NCBI RefSeq assembly: GCF_009914755.1 | Contig: NC_060936.1 | DNA length: 64,000 bases | Direction: 5' to 3' (one strand) | From: the human T2T-CHM13v2.0 reference genome, Homo sapiens | Shown: positions 1 through 13,200 of the stretch, in pieces | How the letters are laid out: the number at the start of each line of letters is the position of its first letter | How positions within the stretch are numbered: position 1 is the stretch's first letter | The notes under the pieces: generated by a model | Database searches by the model: none | What the model was told of the DNA's origin: nothing | The model's input: only the letters and a program-made list of their open reading frames with translations | Made by a program: the position numbers and the translations under genes

Positions 1-37
1 GATGAGATTTGGGTGGGGATATGGCCAAACCATATCA
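1..37 (-). mobile_element. MST/THE1-type MaLR LTR end (cut by window edge)
   Basis: gagatttgggtggggatatggccaaaccatatca is the reverse complement of the MST/THE1 LTR 5' terminus (tgatatggtttgg...). Confidence 0.75.
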
Positions 38-44
38 GAAACCA

Positions 45-950
45 TGGTTTGAGTAGCATGGTTTTAGATGAGATGGTATATGATAGGATTAGCAGCACAG
101 GTGGAGAGATTGAACTTGAACTAGAGGCAAAAAGACCTTAGCTTCTGAGACTTAGTGGAAGGTGGTGAGTATGGTGGTTGAGGTATCAGCTTCCGAAGTT
201 AGGGAGGATGGGAAATAGAGGCCTTTCAGATCTGATAGCTTTTGTTTTCATGGAGTAATTGGGGGAAAGTTGTTTGGTGGGGATTGGGAGTAAATGAGAG
301 GTTAAAGAAAGTAATGAAGATTTAGTTAGGTCACTGAAGGGAGCGAGAAAGGGAAATGAAAAGATTGTTTGGCATTGAGGACCCAGTGAAATGGGAGGTC
401 ATGAATTTAAAGGGCTCAGTTTCAGAAAAGAGAATGTAGATCATGGACCCTAGGTTGGGGCTTTACTAGCAATGTGTGACAAAGAGACAGGGATGCCTGT
501 GAGGGAGTGATCTAAGCGGTCAGCCATGCATCTGGCAGGGTAGGGGTGTCAGTGAGCCGAAGACACATGAGGGGTTGTGAGGAGCCTGAGGAACAAGGAG
601 CCAGAAGTCTCTGTGGTTCATTACCACATATAGTTAGACTGAGAGCCTGAGAGCTAGAAGAGCCAAAATGAGGAGTATTAGAATTAAATATTTTCACATA
701 AGGTAGAGCTGGGTGATAATGTTTAGGATGGAACTGGAGAGGTTGAGGAACTATGAGAATGTAATGGAGGGCCAATCACAGTGACAGTCAAATAATTGGG
801 GAGGTGGCAGGAATGTGGTGAAGAGGAGACAGTTATCAACATTTTTAGTTGATACTGGGGTATGACCAGTGGTAAATGACAACAGTAGAGAAGGGTGGAA
901 ATTAGTTCAGCCAGATGACATGGACATCAAGGAAGAAGGAAACTCGCACA
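45..950 (-). mobile_element. L2 LINE remnant (degenerate)
   Basis: Long purine-rich degenerate stretch typical of antisense L2 ORF2; boundaries approximate. Confidence 0.55.
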
Positions 951-1090
951 CAGAGGGAGAGGCCTTCTCCCTACAATTTCTGTCTGCAGCTGCCATCCTG
1001 GGACCATGTGTGTTGAATGCTGCATTGGAAATAGGAGTCTGGTCATAGCCGCAGGTGGTCAATGATAATGCCATCGACAGTGCCTTCTAG

Positions 1091-1401
<311 letters not shown>

Positions 1402-2014
1402 GAGGACAAAGCTTTTGGTGCTTTTCAGTTTTCAATTGGCTTTCGAAGTCCATTGAGGACACAGGAGTGGTTTTTCACCTGTAGGGCTAGATGCTGGATA
1501 GCTGTGATTTCACTGCATTCTCACTACCTTTTTATCACTTCTGTCATTCTGCTGGATCTCACTTCATAATATGCAGTGTGTTCTTTTCCTACCTCTCAGA
1601 GGCTGACAGATGATAATCCATATGGTCATAGTGTTTGTTGTATTATTTTTTTTAAATCTGCAAAGATTTTTCTAAGTACAGTAACTCAGAGGTTGCTACT
1701 CAGAGCCAAGAGCTCTCTGTAAAAAAAAAAATTAGGGAGTCCAGGCTCTGATTAGGAATGAGGGGTCAGATGTTCCTTTTTGTATCATCACCCTGTGGTC
1801 CCTTCCTCTTTAAAGAAGAGCGCATTGGTATTCCAGGCTCTTCGGTTGAATTCAGTTTCTGCTGTCTTCAGTCACATGACTCTGCCCCTCCCTGGGGAAC
1901 ACATGGGAAGGGATGTGGTAGACGGGGCTGGGAGGACCTCTAAGTGATTTCTGTTCCAAGATGGATGTGTTTCTTTGTGGTACACTTCATACTACCTTTC
2001 AACATTTCTTTCAG

Positions 2015-2802
2015 ACAAAGGGCCAGTGACCAGCATTCTCCCGTCTCAGGTAAACAGTTCTCCAGTTATAAACCACCTTCTTTTAGGAAAGAAGATGAAA
2101 ATGACTAACAGAGCTGCCAAGAATGCTGTCATCCACATCCCTGGTCACACAGGAGGGAAAATATCTCCTGTCCCCTACGAAGACCTTAAGACGAAGCTCA
2201 ACTCCCCGTGGCGAACTCACATCCGAGTCCACAAAAAGAACATGCCAAGGACCAAGAGTCATCCGGGCTGTGGGGACACCGTAGGGCTGATAGATGAGCA
2301 GAACGAGGCCAGCAAGACCAATGGGCTGGGGGCAGCAGAGGCATTCCCCTCTGGTTGTACAGCGACAGCTGGGAGAGAAGGCAGCAGCCCTGAAGGCAGT
2401 ACCAGGAGGACGATCGAGGGGCAGTCTCCGGAGCCGGTGTTCGGAGATGCTGATGTGGATGTGTCTGCAGTTCAGGCGAAGTTGGGAGCCCTGGAACTGA
2501 ACCAGAGGGATGCTGCAGCTGAAACTGAGCTCAGGGTGCACCCACCCTGCCAGCGGCACTGCCCAGAGCCGCCGAGTGCACCCGAAGAAAACAAAGCCAC
2601 CAGCAAAGCTCCCCAAGGCAGCAACTCAAAAACCCCCATCTTTAGCCCTTTTCCCAGCGTCAAGCCCCTGCGGAAATCTGCTACTGCCAGGAACTTGGGA
2701 TTATATGGCCCTACAGAAAGAACCCCAACTGTGCACTTTCCTCAAATGAGTAGGAGCTTCAGCAAACCCGGCGGTGGAAACAGTGGCACTAAAAAACGAT
2801 GA
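2015..2802 (+). CDS. TBC1D30: TBC1 domain family member 30, last coding exon (C-terminal ~262 aa, mostly low-complexity/disordered)
   Basis: Polypyrimidine tract and acceptor tttctttcag|AC at 2013-2014, phase 1. Open frame DKGPVTSILP...ARNLGLYGPTERTPTVHFPQMSRSFSKPGGGNSGTKKR, stop TGA 2800-2802. Non-repeat and CpG-retaining. C-terminus recognised from memory as TBC1D30. The ORF-track start at 1975 is intronic. Confidence 0.88.
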
Positions 2803-5287
2803 TGTCTCCCCGAAACTTTGTATCTGGACTCACCTTTTCACAGTAGTATAAGGGTTGCAGCTGAATGGCTCTAAAAGAGTTTTATTTGTCCAGTGAAAAT
2901 GAATAGGTTCAGGGATGAGCAACAGCCCATAAAAAATGGGAACTGGAAGTTTTATAATAGGAGTTAGAACAGGGCTGTTTTCCCAGCTACTTGCTAACTG
3001 ACGAAGTGGATTCTTGTGGCAAAATAAATATTGTGGTTTTATAGTGTGAAGTTTTCCCAATTTTTCATTGTGAGCTGTTTAAAAAAGACTATATCTAGAT
3101 TGTTAACTCTCGTCCATCCTTCTGTTCTGGGGGCCTTCAGAGTCCCTGTGACAGCACCCCCAAACCTTCCAGTTCTCTGGGTGTTACTAATACTCAAGCA
3201 TGCACATACCAGCTTGCTAGGACAGAAACTGTAAAAAGAAAGTAAGTTTCTTCGTTACAAAAAACTTCCTGATTTTCCTTTTCATGCTTTACGGAGGGGA
3301 TTGTGTCGTGTGAGATTTCCCACAGTACCAGTTTCAAATTTTTTTTTTATTCTTATGCTAAATCATAGGAGAAAAATCTAGATAGCCTTTCTTTAACTGT
3401 CTATTTCTACCTGCAAAATGAAGAAAACCTTTCATCTGTTGAAATTTCAATCGATAACCCAGCTGAAGATCTTATGCACAGGACACACTTGGCATATGCT
3501 TTACGCAGTTGCTCCGGACAGCTTGCTCGCGCCACTGAGCTTTTCCTGAGGTTTGTGTTCGCCTCTCAAGGAGAGCTTTGATCCTCAGTGGTACGGATGA
3601 CTTGATGGGCTCCATGCGGAGCCTGGCCTGCATCCCCCACCACACAGCTCACTCACCCACCAGCTCTAGGCTGCAGACGCACAAGGCCTCTGCTCAGAAG
3701 CCAGAACACAGCACCTGTGACTCTGTTACTTGAATTTTGTGCTTTTTGATTGGAGTCCTTTGTTGAGTACTTTGTTAATTGAACACTGCCTTTCTCTGGA
3801 GAAGGCCCCAGTGCTTTCTAGCTCCCTCTCACTCCTGCCCTTTCTAGCTCTCTCTCACCCAGCGGGTCAGGGATAGCACCTCTTGTCTCCACTATGCAGA
3901 TGGGAACTCTGAGCCACACAGAGGTGAAGTAGCACTTCAGTTACTCAAGGTCAGTACTCTCGGTATTCCAAGTGACTTAGCCACATTTCCTTCAGTGCAA
4001 TAGGTGGGTTTAATGCTCTTTGTACACAGATGTATTGGCTACATAGCGTGTAAAAACCAAGACTGGGAAGCCATTCACTAAAATCCCTCCTGACTCAAAG
4101 GACCTGTCTCCAGATGGTACAGAGTCCCTTGATGGCATTTTACAAAACCAGCTCTGACTTCCTTATCCTGAACAGGGAGTTTATTTTAAAAATGCTTCAT
4201 GCACCTGTTATTTGGCTGAACAGAAGGCTCACTCCTCAATCCCCTTCTCCTCGCCATCATTAGAGGAATAGACTCAGCCTTCATGTTTGTCTCTGGAAGA
4301 CGATTGGCGATACTTGCAGGAATATTGTTGATGCAGCCAATATTAATTTGAGCTAATGGATTGTTAATTCTGAAACGAAAACTGTAACTGTAGAGCAGGC
4401 TTTTACTATGAGAGGTACTACTTTTTATAATAGAGAATGTGGTTGTGTGGGCTTTTTTTGAACAGAAAACACAACAATGACCTATACCGTGAGAAAAGCC
4501 ATTTTATCTTCTTCGTGGTATTTTTACCCCCAAAGGAACTGAAGATGGAAAATATGACTAATAAGTTATTGCAGTTTTGGTCTTGAATTCTGTGCCATCT
4601 GAAGTTAGCATCCAGCTTCTTAAAAAGCAGCCACGCCTACAGCCTGTTTTTTGGGAAGGCTGTAGGTGGAGAGATGGGCTTATTTTGCATACCACCCTCA
4701 GGGCCCAGAGACCCACTGCATTTTCCAAAGTTAAGCAAATGACACCATTTTCTTCCATCAGCTAAACTTTACAGATAATAGTGTTTCCACCTCATATCCT
4801 TTTCTTTGCCCCTTCTCAAATGAGTCAGAATAGTCATGTTCCCCTTGAGGGATGTCTGACTTGAATGGAGAATTGTTCTTTCCTCTCTTGAATCAGCTCA
4901 CTAGCTCCCTGATGGTCTGGGTTCAAGGAAATGGTTAATGAGGTAGAGGCCACTTATACAAGTCCTTGGGATTGTACCATTGCTGTCCACAAACTTAGTA
5001 TCAACAACACATGCTGTGCCCTGTGAACACTCTCCTCTCACCTATTTCCAGGGTTGGTCTTCCTGAGAAGGGGATGGATGAGGTAACACACAGTTTGGGA
5101 TACGTATCTGTTGAATGAATGAATAAGTGAAAGGATAATAGTCCTCTGAGGTAAAAATGGCCTTGTCAGAATTTTGAAAATCCAACAGATTCCTATTAAA
5201 GCACTCTGTGTACCAATAACATGCATGCATTGTACCAAGTAATCACAATGTGAATTGGTCAATTTATGAGCCTTGCCTACTTTAGAA

Positions 5288-5293
5288 AATAAA
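5288..5293 (+). terminator. Candidate poly(A) signal AATAAA
   Basis: Canonical hexamer with upstream TGTA (CFIm-type) motifs near 5209 and 5231. Confidence 0.45.
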
Positions 5294-5932
5294 GAAACCT
5301 GCAGTAGCCTCTACCACACAGCATGTACAAAGACCAGTATGGACTTGCTATCTTCCCTATGTATTGGACACTGTATGCAAACACCAGAAGTACTTAACAA
5401 GTAGTGGTTTCTTGATTTTTAGATATGTCTGTAGCCTCTTAGCCCTTTTGCCGGGAATCAACTCATTCTGATGCCTCTGCACCTCAGTTCCTCTTACAAA
5501 AGCCTCCAGATGATCTAAATCTAGTTAGCAATGTCAGCCTGTGGACTGCAGCTGTTTGGGACATTGTATTCCTTTGTTTGTCTCTTGTTGTTCTGAAGGA
5601 TTGTATTGATCACAAAGCTATATGCATAAAGATTCTCATTGTTGTAACTGTTCTGCCATTTTCTGAGTGCAAGCATGGAACACTGTTGTGACAGTCCCTT
5701 CTCCCTTCTTCCTTCTTCCTTCACCCCCAACCCCAGACCCCCCTTGGTCACATGAACCAGGGAAACAGCCCAATAAGCTCTATCTCCCCCAGTCTAATCG
5801 CTGGGTTGCAGGGTGGCCTGTGACCTGCCCAGCATTTGCAGACTCGCTGGTTCCTGAATATGAGTAAGCACAGAGTTTACCTAGAGAGTTTACCTAAAAT
5901 TAACCTTTAGATCTACTATTTATTTTTGTCTT

Positions 5933-5950
5933 AATAAAATGAACAATAAA
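5933..5950 (+). terminator. Tandem candidate poly(A) signals (2x AATAAA)
   Basis: AATAAA at 5933 and 5945, at the boundary between unique UTR and an old L1 remnant. Confidence 0.45.
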
Positions 5951-6069
5951 TATAGTTTAGCTGCATGGCATTAAGGATTCTGTATGAATAGATGTATAGT
6001 TGCTGCCATCTCCCCATATAAAAACTCTCTTTACATCGTTTCTGAGCCACTTTCTTTGCTGTCTGCAGC

Positions 6070-6840
6070 ATTTAAAATATATTATTTTTCCTAATTAGAA
6101 AAGTCACAGGTTTTAGAAAATTGGGAAAACAAAAAGAGCATAAAGAATCATCAATACTCTGATATAGATATAGATCTTTCCAGTACGTTTGTGTATGTGT
6201 GTACACGCCATTATCTACAAAAAAGTTATGTTGAACATGGTAGTTTAAGCTGTCTTTCTGGTAAATGCTTTTATACAATATGATTTTTAGTGACTAATAT
6301 TCCCTAATGTGTTCATGCCAGAATTCACATAACCAGTACCTTGTCAAATAGGAGGTTTCTGATTAGATAGTAGTAGAGACAGTATCCTGTTACATGTATG
6401 TACATAGCCCGAATTATTTTCTTAGGATATGCGTATAGAAGTGGAGTTGAAGGGTCAGGAAATATGTCCATTTTTAAGATACATATATCTCCAAATTGCC
6501 ATTCTTAAAGGTTGGAGTTATACAAGTAGTGAATGAGAATGCCTGCTTCTCTACATCCTGGAAGAGGCAGCAGTCTCTTTCCTTTTTTTTCCTTTCTATG
6601 ACTTCTAGTGTGGAAGTGCCAACAGAAGTGTTTTAGAAGCAGTGATAATGAACACTCATAACACCCATACCTCATTCCTGACTTTTAAAAGAAGCATTAA
6701 GTAAGATGTTGAGGTTTCTGGTAGGTGCCTATTATTAGGTTAAGAAAATTCCCTTTTATTCTTTGCTTGCTAAGAGTTTTCTTCATCAACAGGTATTGAA
6801 TTTCATAAAAAGAACTTTAATTGTATCTTTTGAGAAGGGA
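6070..6840 (-). mobile_element. Ancient L1 (L1ME-type) fragments
   Basis: Degenerate antisense L1 3' motifs (agaagtggagttgaagggtca, ccaaattgcc, atgagaatgcctgcttctctacatcct). Confidence 0.6.
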
Positions 6841-7331
6841 ATAGTACTTGAGACTTGGTATCCTGAACTCAAAGAAATAGCCATTACTAGGTTTTGTCAA
6901 AGAATACCAGATATTTTAGAGTTGGAAGTTATGCAGTAAAAGCTTTATGTGCAAATGTTCATTGAAGTATTAAATGTACTAATGGAAACCTGAAAACAAT
7001 ATAAACATCTGGGAATAGGGGAGATGTTTGGATGAATTATGATTCATCCCCAGGATGGAAATGTGAAGGCCGGTGAGTATTTGGACCATTGAAGTGGGAG
7101 TTATCTGTTATCCACATCAGGCAGCTCAGAGTAAAGTCAGCAAGTCTACAGTCATAGAGCCACCAGGATACAGTGATGGATGGGAGGCCTTTGCTGGACA
7201 GTGGCTGAAGGCAGAACTGTTGGAGTGGTTCTTCCACAAAGGCAGCCAGTGCTCACCTGAATGGGGACTGGTACTGTAGGTATTGGGTCAGCTTTCATGC
7301 CGTTCCCTGCTGGCCATCTCCCAATGCTGAA

Positions 7332-7665
7332 TGTCTGACTCAGTTCAGGCTGCTGTAACAAAGTACCATAGACTGAGGTGGCTTAAACACAGACATTTCT
7401 TTCTCACAGTTCTGGAGGCTGAGAAGTCAAAGATCAACGTGTCTGCAAATTTGGTATCTGGTGAGGAAGGGCCCTCTTCCTGGTTTGCAGATGGCTACCT
7501 TCTCACTGTGTCCTCACACAATGGAGAAAGGGAGTATGTTTTGGTCTCTTCCTCTTCTGATAAGGGCACTAACCTCATCATGAGGGTCCCATCCTCCTGG
7601 TGTCATCTAAACCTAATTACCTCCCAATGGCCCCGCCTTCAAATACCATCACGTTGAAGGTTGCT
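7332..7665 (-). mobile_element. MaLR LTR (MLT1A/MSTD-like)
   Basis: ggctgctgtaacaaagtaccatagactg...ctcacagttctggaggctgagaagtc hallmark. Confidence 0.85.
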
Positions 7666-8010
7666 TCCTTCCTGGTCGTTTGCTCTGGTGAGACCAAATG
7701 ACCTGCAAAGTGTCACTTGATTCCATTCTCTCCATCCCTTCCATCCCAGGCAATCTTTATCTAGCTACACCAACCTGTGCCCCAGGGGCTTCAAGAGTTG
7801 TTGTTGTTTTAACATTAAAAAACCAGAAAGTTCACTTGTTTCTTAGTGTTTACATCCTTGCTATAACAATTCTAGTTTTCCTTTAGGCAATGCTGATCAC
7901 TGGGAAGGAGGTGGATCAATTCTCCTATGGGACCAACAGTTTTCTGGGAAGAAACTTCCTGATACCTCAGCCTAGGAATCTCCCTATCCCTGGAGAGTCC
8001 AGGAATCTAT

Positions 8011-8367
<357 letters not shown>

Positions 8368-8410
8368 TGAACGTTGAACTAAGTTTAGCAACCACTGAAC
8401 AAGTTAACTA

Positions 8411-8740
8411 TAGCCATATATCACCTGATGACGGGGGTAACGATGGGGAAATTGTTAGGTAATTTCAACATTGTGCGAATATCACGGAGTGTGCTCACAC
8501 AAACCTAGATGGTATAGCCTACTACACACCTGGGCTATATGGTGTAGCCTATTGCTCCTAGGCTACAAACCTGTATAGCAAGTTACTGTGCCGAACACTG
8601 CAGTCAGTTGTAACACAATGGTAATTGTGTATCTAAACATATTAGAAAAGGTACAGTAAAAATACAGTATTACAATCACACAGGACCACCATAGCACATG
8701 AGGTCCATCGTTGACTGAAACGTGGTGTGGCACATGACTG
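8411..8740 (+). mobile_element. Tigger3a/MER7A (Golem) DNA transposon
   Basis: acacaaacctagatggtatagcctactacacacct...gcacatgactg with TA on both flanks; homologous to 51095-51491. Confidence 0.85.
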
Positions 8741-9039
8741 TATTGTAATGGTCTCCTAACTGGTCTCACTGCCATCCATTTTGGACCCTCCCCCTGCCCA
8801 CCCCACCTCTCTGCTGCTTGGCTATACACTGCTGCCAGAATGATCTTTCTAAAATGAAAAACTAATTGGGCCATCCCTCTGGTCAAAATCTTTCTTCAAT
8901 TTCTGGAGGGTAAAAGCTAAAATCCTTATCTTAGCATGATTTGACCCATGGTTAATTTTCCGTCTTATTTTCCCACAGCTTCCCCATTCATTACCTCGTG
9001 CGACCTATCCTCACCAGCACCATAATATCAACCATTGGT

Positions 9040-9480
9040 GGAGCTCCTTGAGCTCAGCACTATACTAGCTCCTTTGTGCTATCTCACTTATTCCTCCCAA
9101 GAGCTCTGTGAAGCTTACTGGCACTGTATTACAGATGATGAAGGTGAAGTGAGCAGTTACATCCTTGGCCAGTTGGAAGGAGGTGGATGAATTCCCCTAT
9201 GTGATCAACAGTTTTCTGGGAGGAAACTTCCTGATACCTCAACCTAGGAATCTCTCTATCCCTGGGGAGTCCAGAAATCTATATTAAAATGTGAAACAAA
9301 GCAAAAAAACAAACAAACCTCCCTTAGTAATTTTTTTTTGTTTTTGAGACAGGGTCTTGCTCTGTCGCCCAGGCTGGAGTGCAGTAGCGCAATCTCAGCT
9401 CACTGCAACCTGCTCACTGCAACCTATTTAGCTGGCAAATAACATCTGGATCTATCTGACACCAGAGCCTGAGCTTTTCC
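9040..9480 (-). mobile_element. MIR interrupted by a duplicated segment (9175-9425)
   Basis: ttacagatgatgaa on the left and atctatctgacaccagagcctgagctttt on the right are consecutive antisense MIR parts. Confidence 0.55.
9175..9425 (+). repeat. Local duplicate of 7903-8137, including the Alu tail and part of the right arm
   Basis: 119/130 identity by manual ungapped alignment over the unique part; ends in a 14-nt tandem repeat GCTCACTGCAACCT x2. Confidence 0.93.
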
Positions 9481-9929
9481 TTTGCTACACTGTCTTATAA
9501 CTTTGCCCATAACTCCAAGTTCCCTGAAGGCCCCCCACTCCGCTAATGCCCTCATACTGCTGTGTATTCATAAATCCTTGCTTCGAGCACCCTCCTTGCT
9601 TCAGTCTGCCTGGCAGATACCTACCTATCCTTTTGGTCTCATCGCACACATTAATGAGGTAAAATCCAATCTATGCCACTATATGATTTGGGGCAAGTTA
9701 CTTAACATCTGAGACCTTCAATTTCCACATCTGTACAATGAGAATAATTTCAATCTCATAGGGTTTGTTGTGGACAATTGCCGTCTTTGCTGCCCAGAAT
9801 TTACTATGCTTTGGCAACATTGCCTTAATTTTGCTTGGGGAGCCAGCCCTCCTCCACCTCTGCCCATGTACTTCCGGTGACAGTGATGGCCCTGGAGGGA
9901 GCACAGGGCCTGAGCTCAGACACTCAGCA

Positions 9930-10410
9930 CTCTTCCTCCTCCTCACCATGGTGTCTGACCCATGGATGAGCCACAGGAAAAGAAGCTCAATTCCTAGGCT
10001 CTTGTTTTGAACTCTCACGTAAGCAGACTCACTCATTTCTACTGGATTTGGTCCTAAGTTGCTAAAGTTTGGGGAAAATTGGGTTACATATAGCTTATGT
10101 GATTAACTCCATAAATGAATATGCAACAGAATTTAACCTGGAAGGAAAAAGCCCAGGAGTTGTTGCTGGCAGCTCTCTTGTAACCATGAGGGGAGAGCTT
10201 GTTGGAGAAGAGTTAACACTCAGCAAGCAGAGCTGAGAAACAGAGAGAAAGCAGGCTGCTTTCAGGGCCTGTGAGCTCTGGATCAGGCCACGCCCAAAGC
10301 CAATTTGTCTCAGCTTATTTACTATATCAGCTAACATTCCAATTTTGGGGTTTAGCCAGTTTGGTCAGATTTTCTACCACTCATGTTGAAAAACTCTTAA
10401 CTGAAACAGA
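9930..10410 (+). mobile_element. Old MaLR LTR (MLT1J/K-like), interrupted at about 10051-10137
   Basis: ctggatttg / aacctggaagga...gctggcagc...accatgaggggagag...aagcagagctgaga and 3' end aaactcttaactgaaaca. Confidence 0.6.
10056..10137 (+). repeat. 82-bp dispersed direct repeat, copy 1 (copy 2 at 11362-11443)
   Basis: 70/82 identity, ungapped manual alignment. Confidence 0.9.
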
Positions 10411-10779
10411 GGTGTTGTGAAGATTACAGATTATAAGGGCAAAATGGTGGCTGTATCAGTGAACAGTAGTCAGGATTATTTTTTACTTTCCAGTGACTCA
10501 AACCTCTCCTAAACTGCTCTCTCAGTTTTGGCTCCGTCTTCCCATGATAATAATAGGTGGTGTAGAGAGGTGACAGAGTCAAGGAACATGGTTCTTGTTT
10601 TCTGAAGATGGTTCTTTCCTCAAGCCCTTTGAGTCTTCTTTGGTCTTATATTCTCATCACAGAAGGAGAGGTGATTGTCTTTCCCCAGTTTTGTCTACCA
10701 TTCCGGTTCCATCTGCATTCCCGGAGGAGTCCTGTTGAGGGCAGAGTGACTGTGAGCAAAACATGAAGAGCTGTGTCAC

Positions 10780-11050
10780 CAAGTTCCATAAAATCTGGGA
10801 GCCCAAGCAGCATATTTGTGGGATTTGTCTGACAGAACGCAATGGAAACAGAGCGTGGCATTCGCTCCATCTCCCCCAGGTGAGCGGCAGCTTTCTCACG
10901 GGGGGTCGGGGGCGGGGTGGGGGGCTCTAGGGCATCTCTAATGGCGTCTGCGGGGAAGCAGCAGGGCTGGGTGAGAAAGTGGGTCTCACGGGACCTGCAG
11001 TGTTCAGCAGAGCCGTGGGAGTGCCTGCTGGGAGCATACTTGTTTGGGAA
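10780..11050 (+). promoter_or_regulatory. GC-rich promoter/first-exon-like patch of a putative + strand lncRNA
   Basis: Local CpG enrichment, GC box GGGGCGGGG (10909-10917), G4 motif (10900-10924), donor CAG|GTGAGC (intron starts 10880). Position just downstream of TBC1D30 fits my recollection of LINC02389/FLJ41278 (unverified). Confidence 0.5.
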
Positions 11051-11087
11051 CACATGAGAGGCACCCCCTGAAGATTTCAAGAAAACC

Positions 11088-11247
11088 GGATAGCATTAGG
11101 AGATATACCTAATATAAATGACGAGTTAATGGGTGCAGCACACCAACATGGCACATGTATACATATGTAACAAACCTGCACGTTGTGCACATGTACCCTA
11201 GAACTTAAAGTATAATAAAAAAATATATATATATATATACATATAAA
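11088..11247 (+). mobile_element. 5'-truncated primate L1PA 3' end with A/(AT)n tail
   Basis: ggatagcattaggagatatacctaat...cctagaacttaaagtataataaaa; TSD aagaaaacc at 11079-11087 and 11248-11256. Confidence 0.95.
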
Positions 11248-11361
11248 AAGAAAACCTTGCCCAGTTAAGGGGATGGGAGGACTTTATAGGCCCTGTTTCA
11301 AAATATGTCTGTGAGAACGGTGTTGAGTCATTGTTGCTGCAGGGACCCTATCTGGACCAAG

Positions 11362-11443
11362 AAGTTGCTAAGGTCTGGGGAAGGTTGAGCTACATATAAC
11401 GTATGTGATGAACTCCACAAATGTCTATGCAACAGAATTTAAC
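11362..11443 (+). repeat. 82-bp dispersed direct repeat, copy 2 (probable donor)
   Basis: 70/82 identity to 10056-10137. Confidence 0.9.
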
Positions 11444-11659
11444 AGATGGTGAAAAGTGTAAAGATTTTTGTTGCATGTATAGCTATGGAGCAGAATTTCT
11501 AGTACATTTGTCAAGTGTGAAACAAATTACAGAATCATGATATTATTTAATAAAAAGTGGTTATATCACAATAATAAACATTACTAATGGCAATCCTAGG
11601 CATCATGTAGCTCAATGATTTTCAAAGGTTTTTAAGGAGCAGAACATTATAAAATTATT

Positions 11660-13200
<1,541 letters not shown>

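Noticed and set aside
1975-2014. N-terminal extension MWYTSYYLSTFLS of the 275-aa ORF
   Set aside because: Non-ATG start lying in the intron's polypyrimidine tract; the exon begins at 2015
2083-2616. 177-aa antisense ORF
   Set aside because: Shadow of the GC-rich coding exon; non-ATG start and no recognisable homology
3814-3858. 19-bp direct repeat in the 3'UTR (also an 11-bp repeat at 5872-5895)
   Set aside because: Short, low-complexity slippage products with no evidence of function
10646-11080. 144-aa minus-strand ORF over the GC-rich patch
   Set aside because: TTG start, explained by GC content, no recognisable domain
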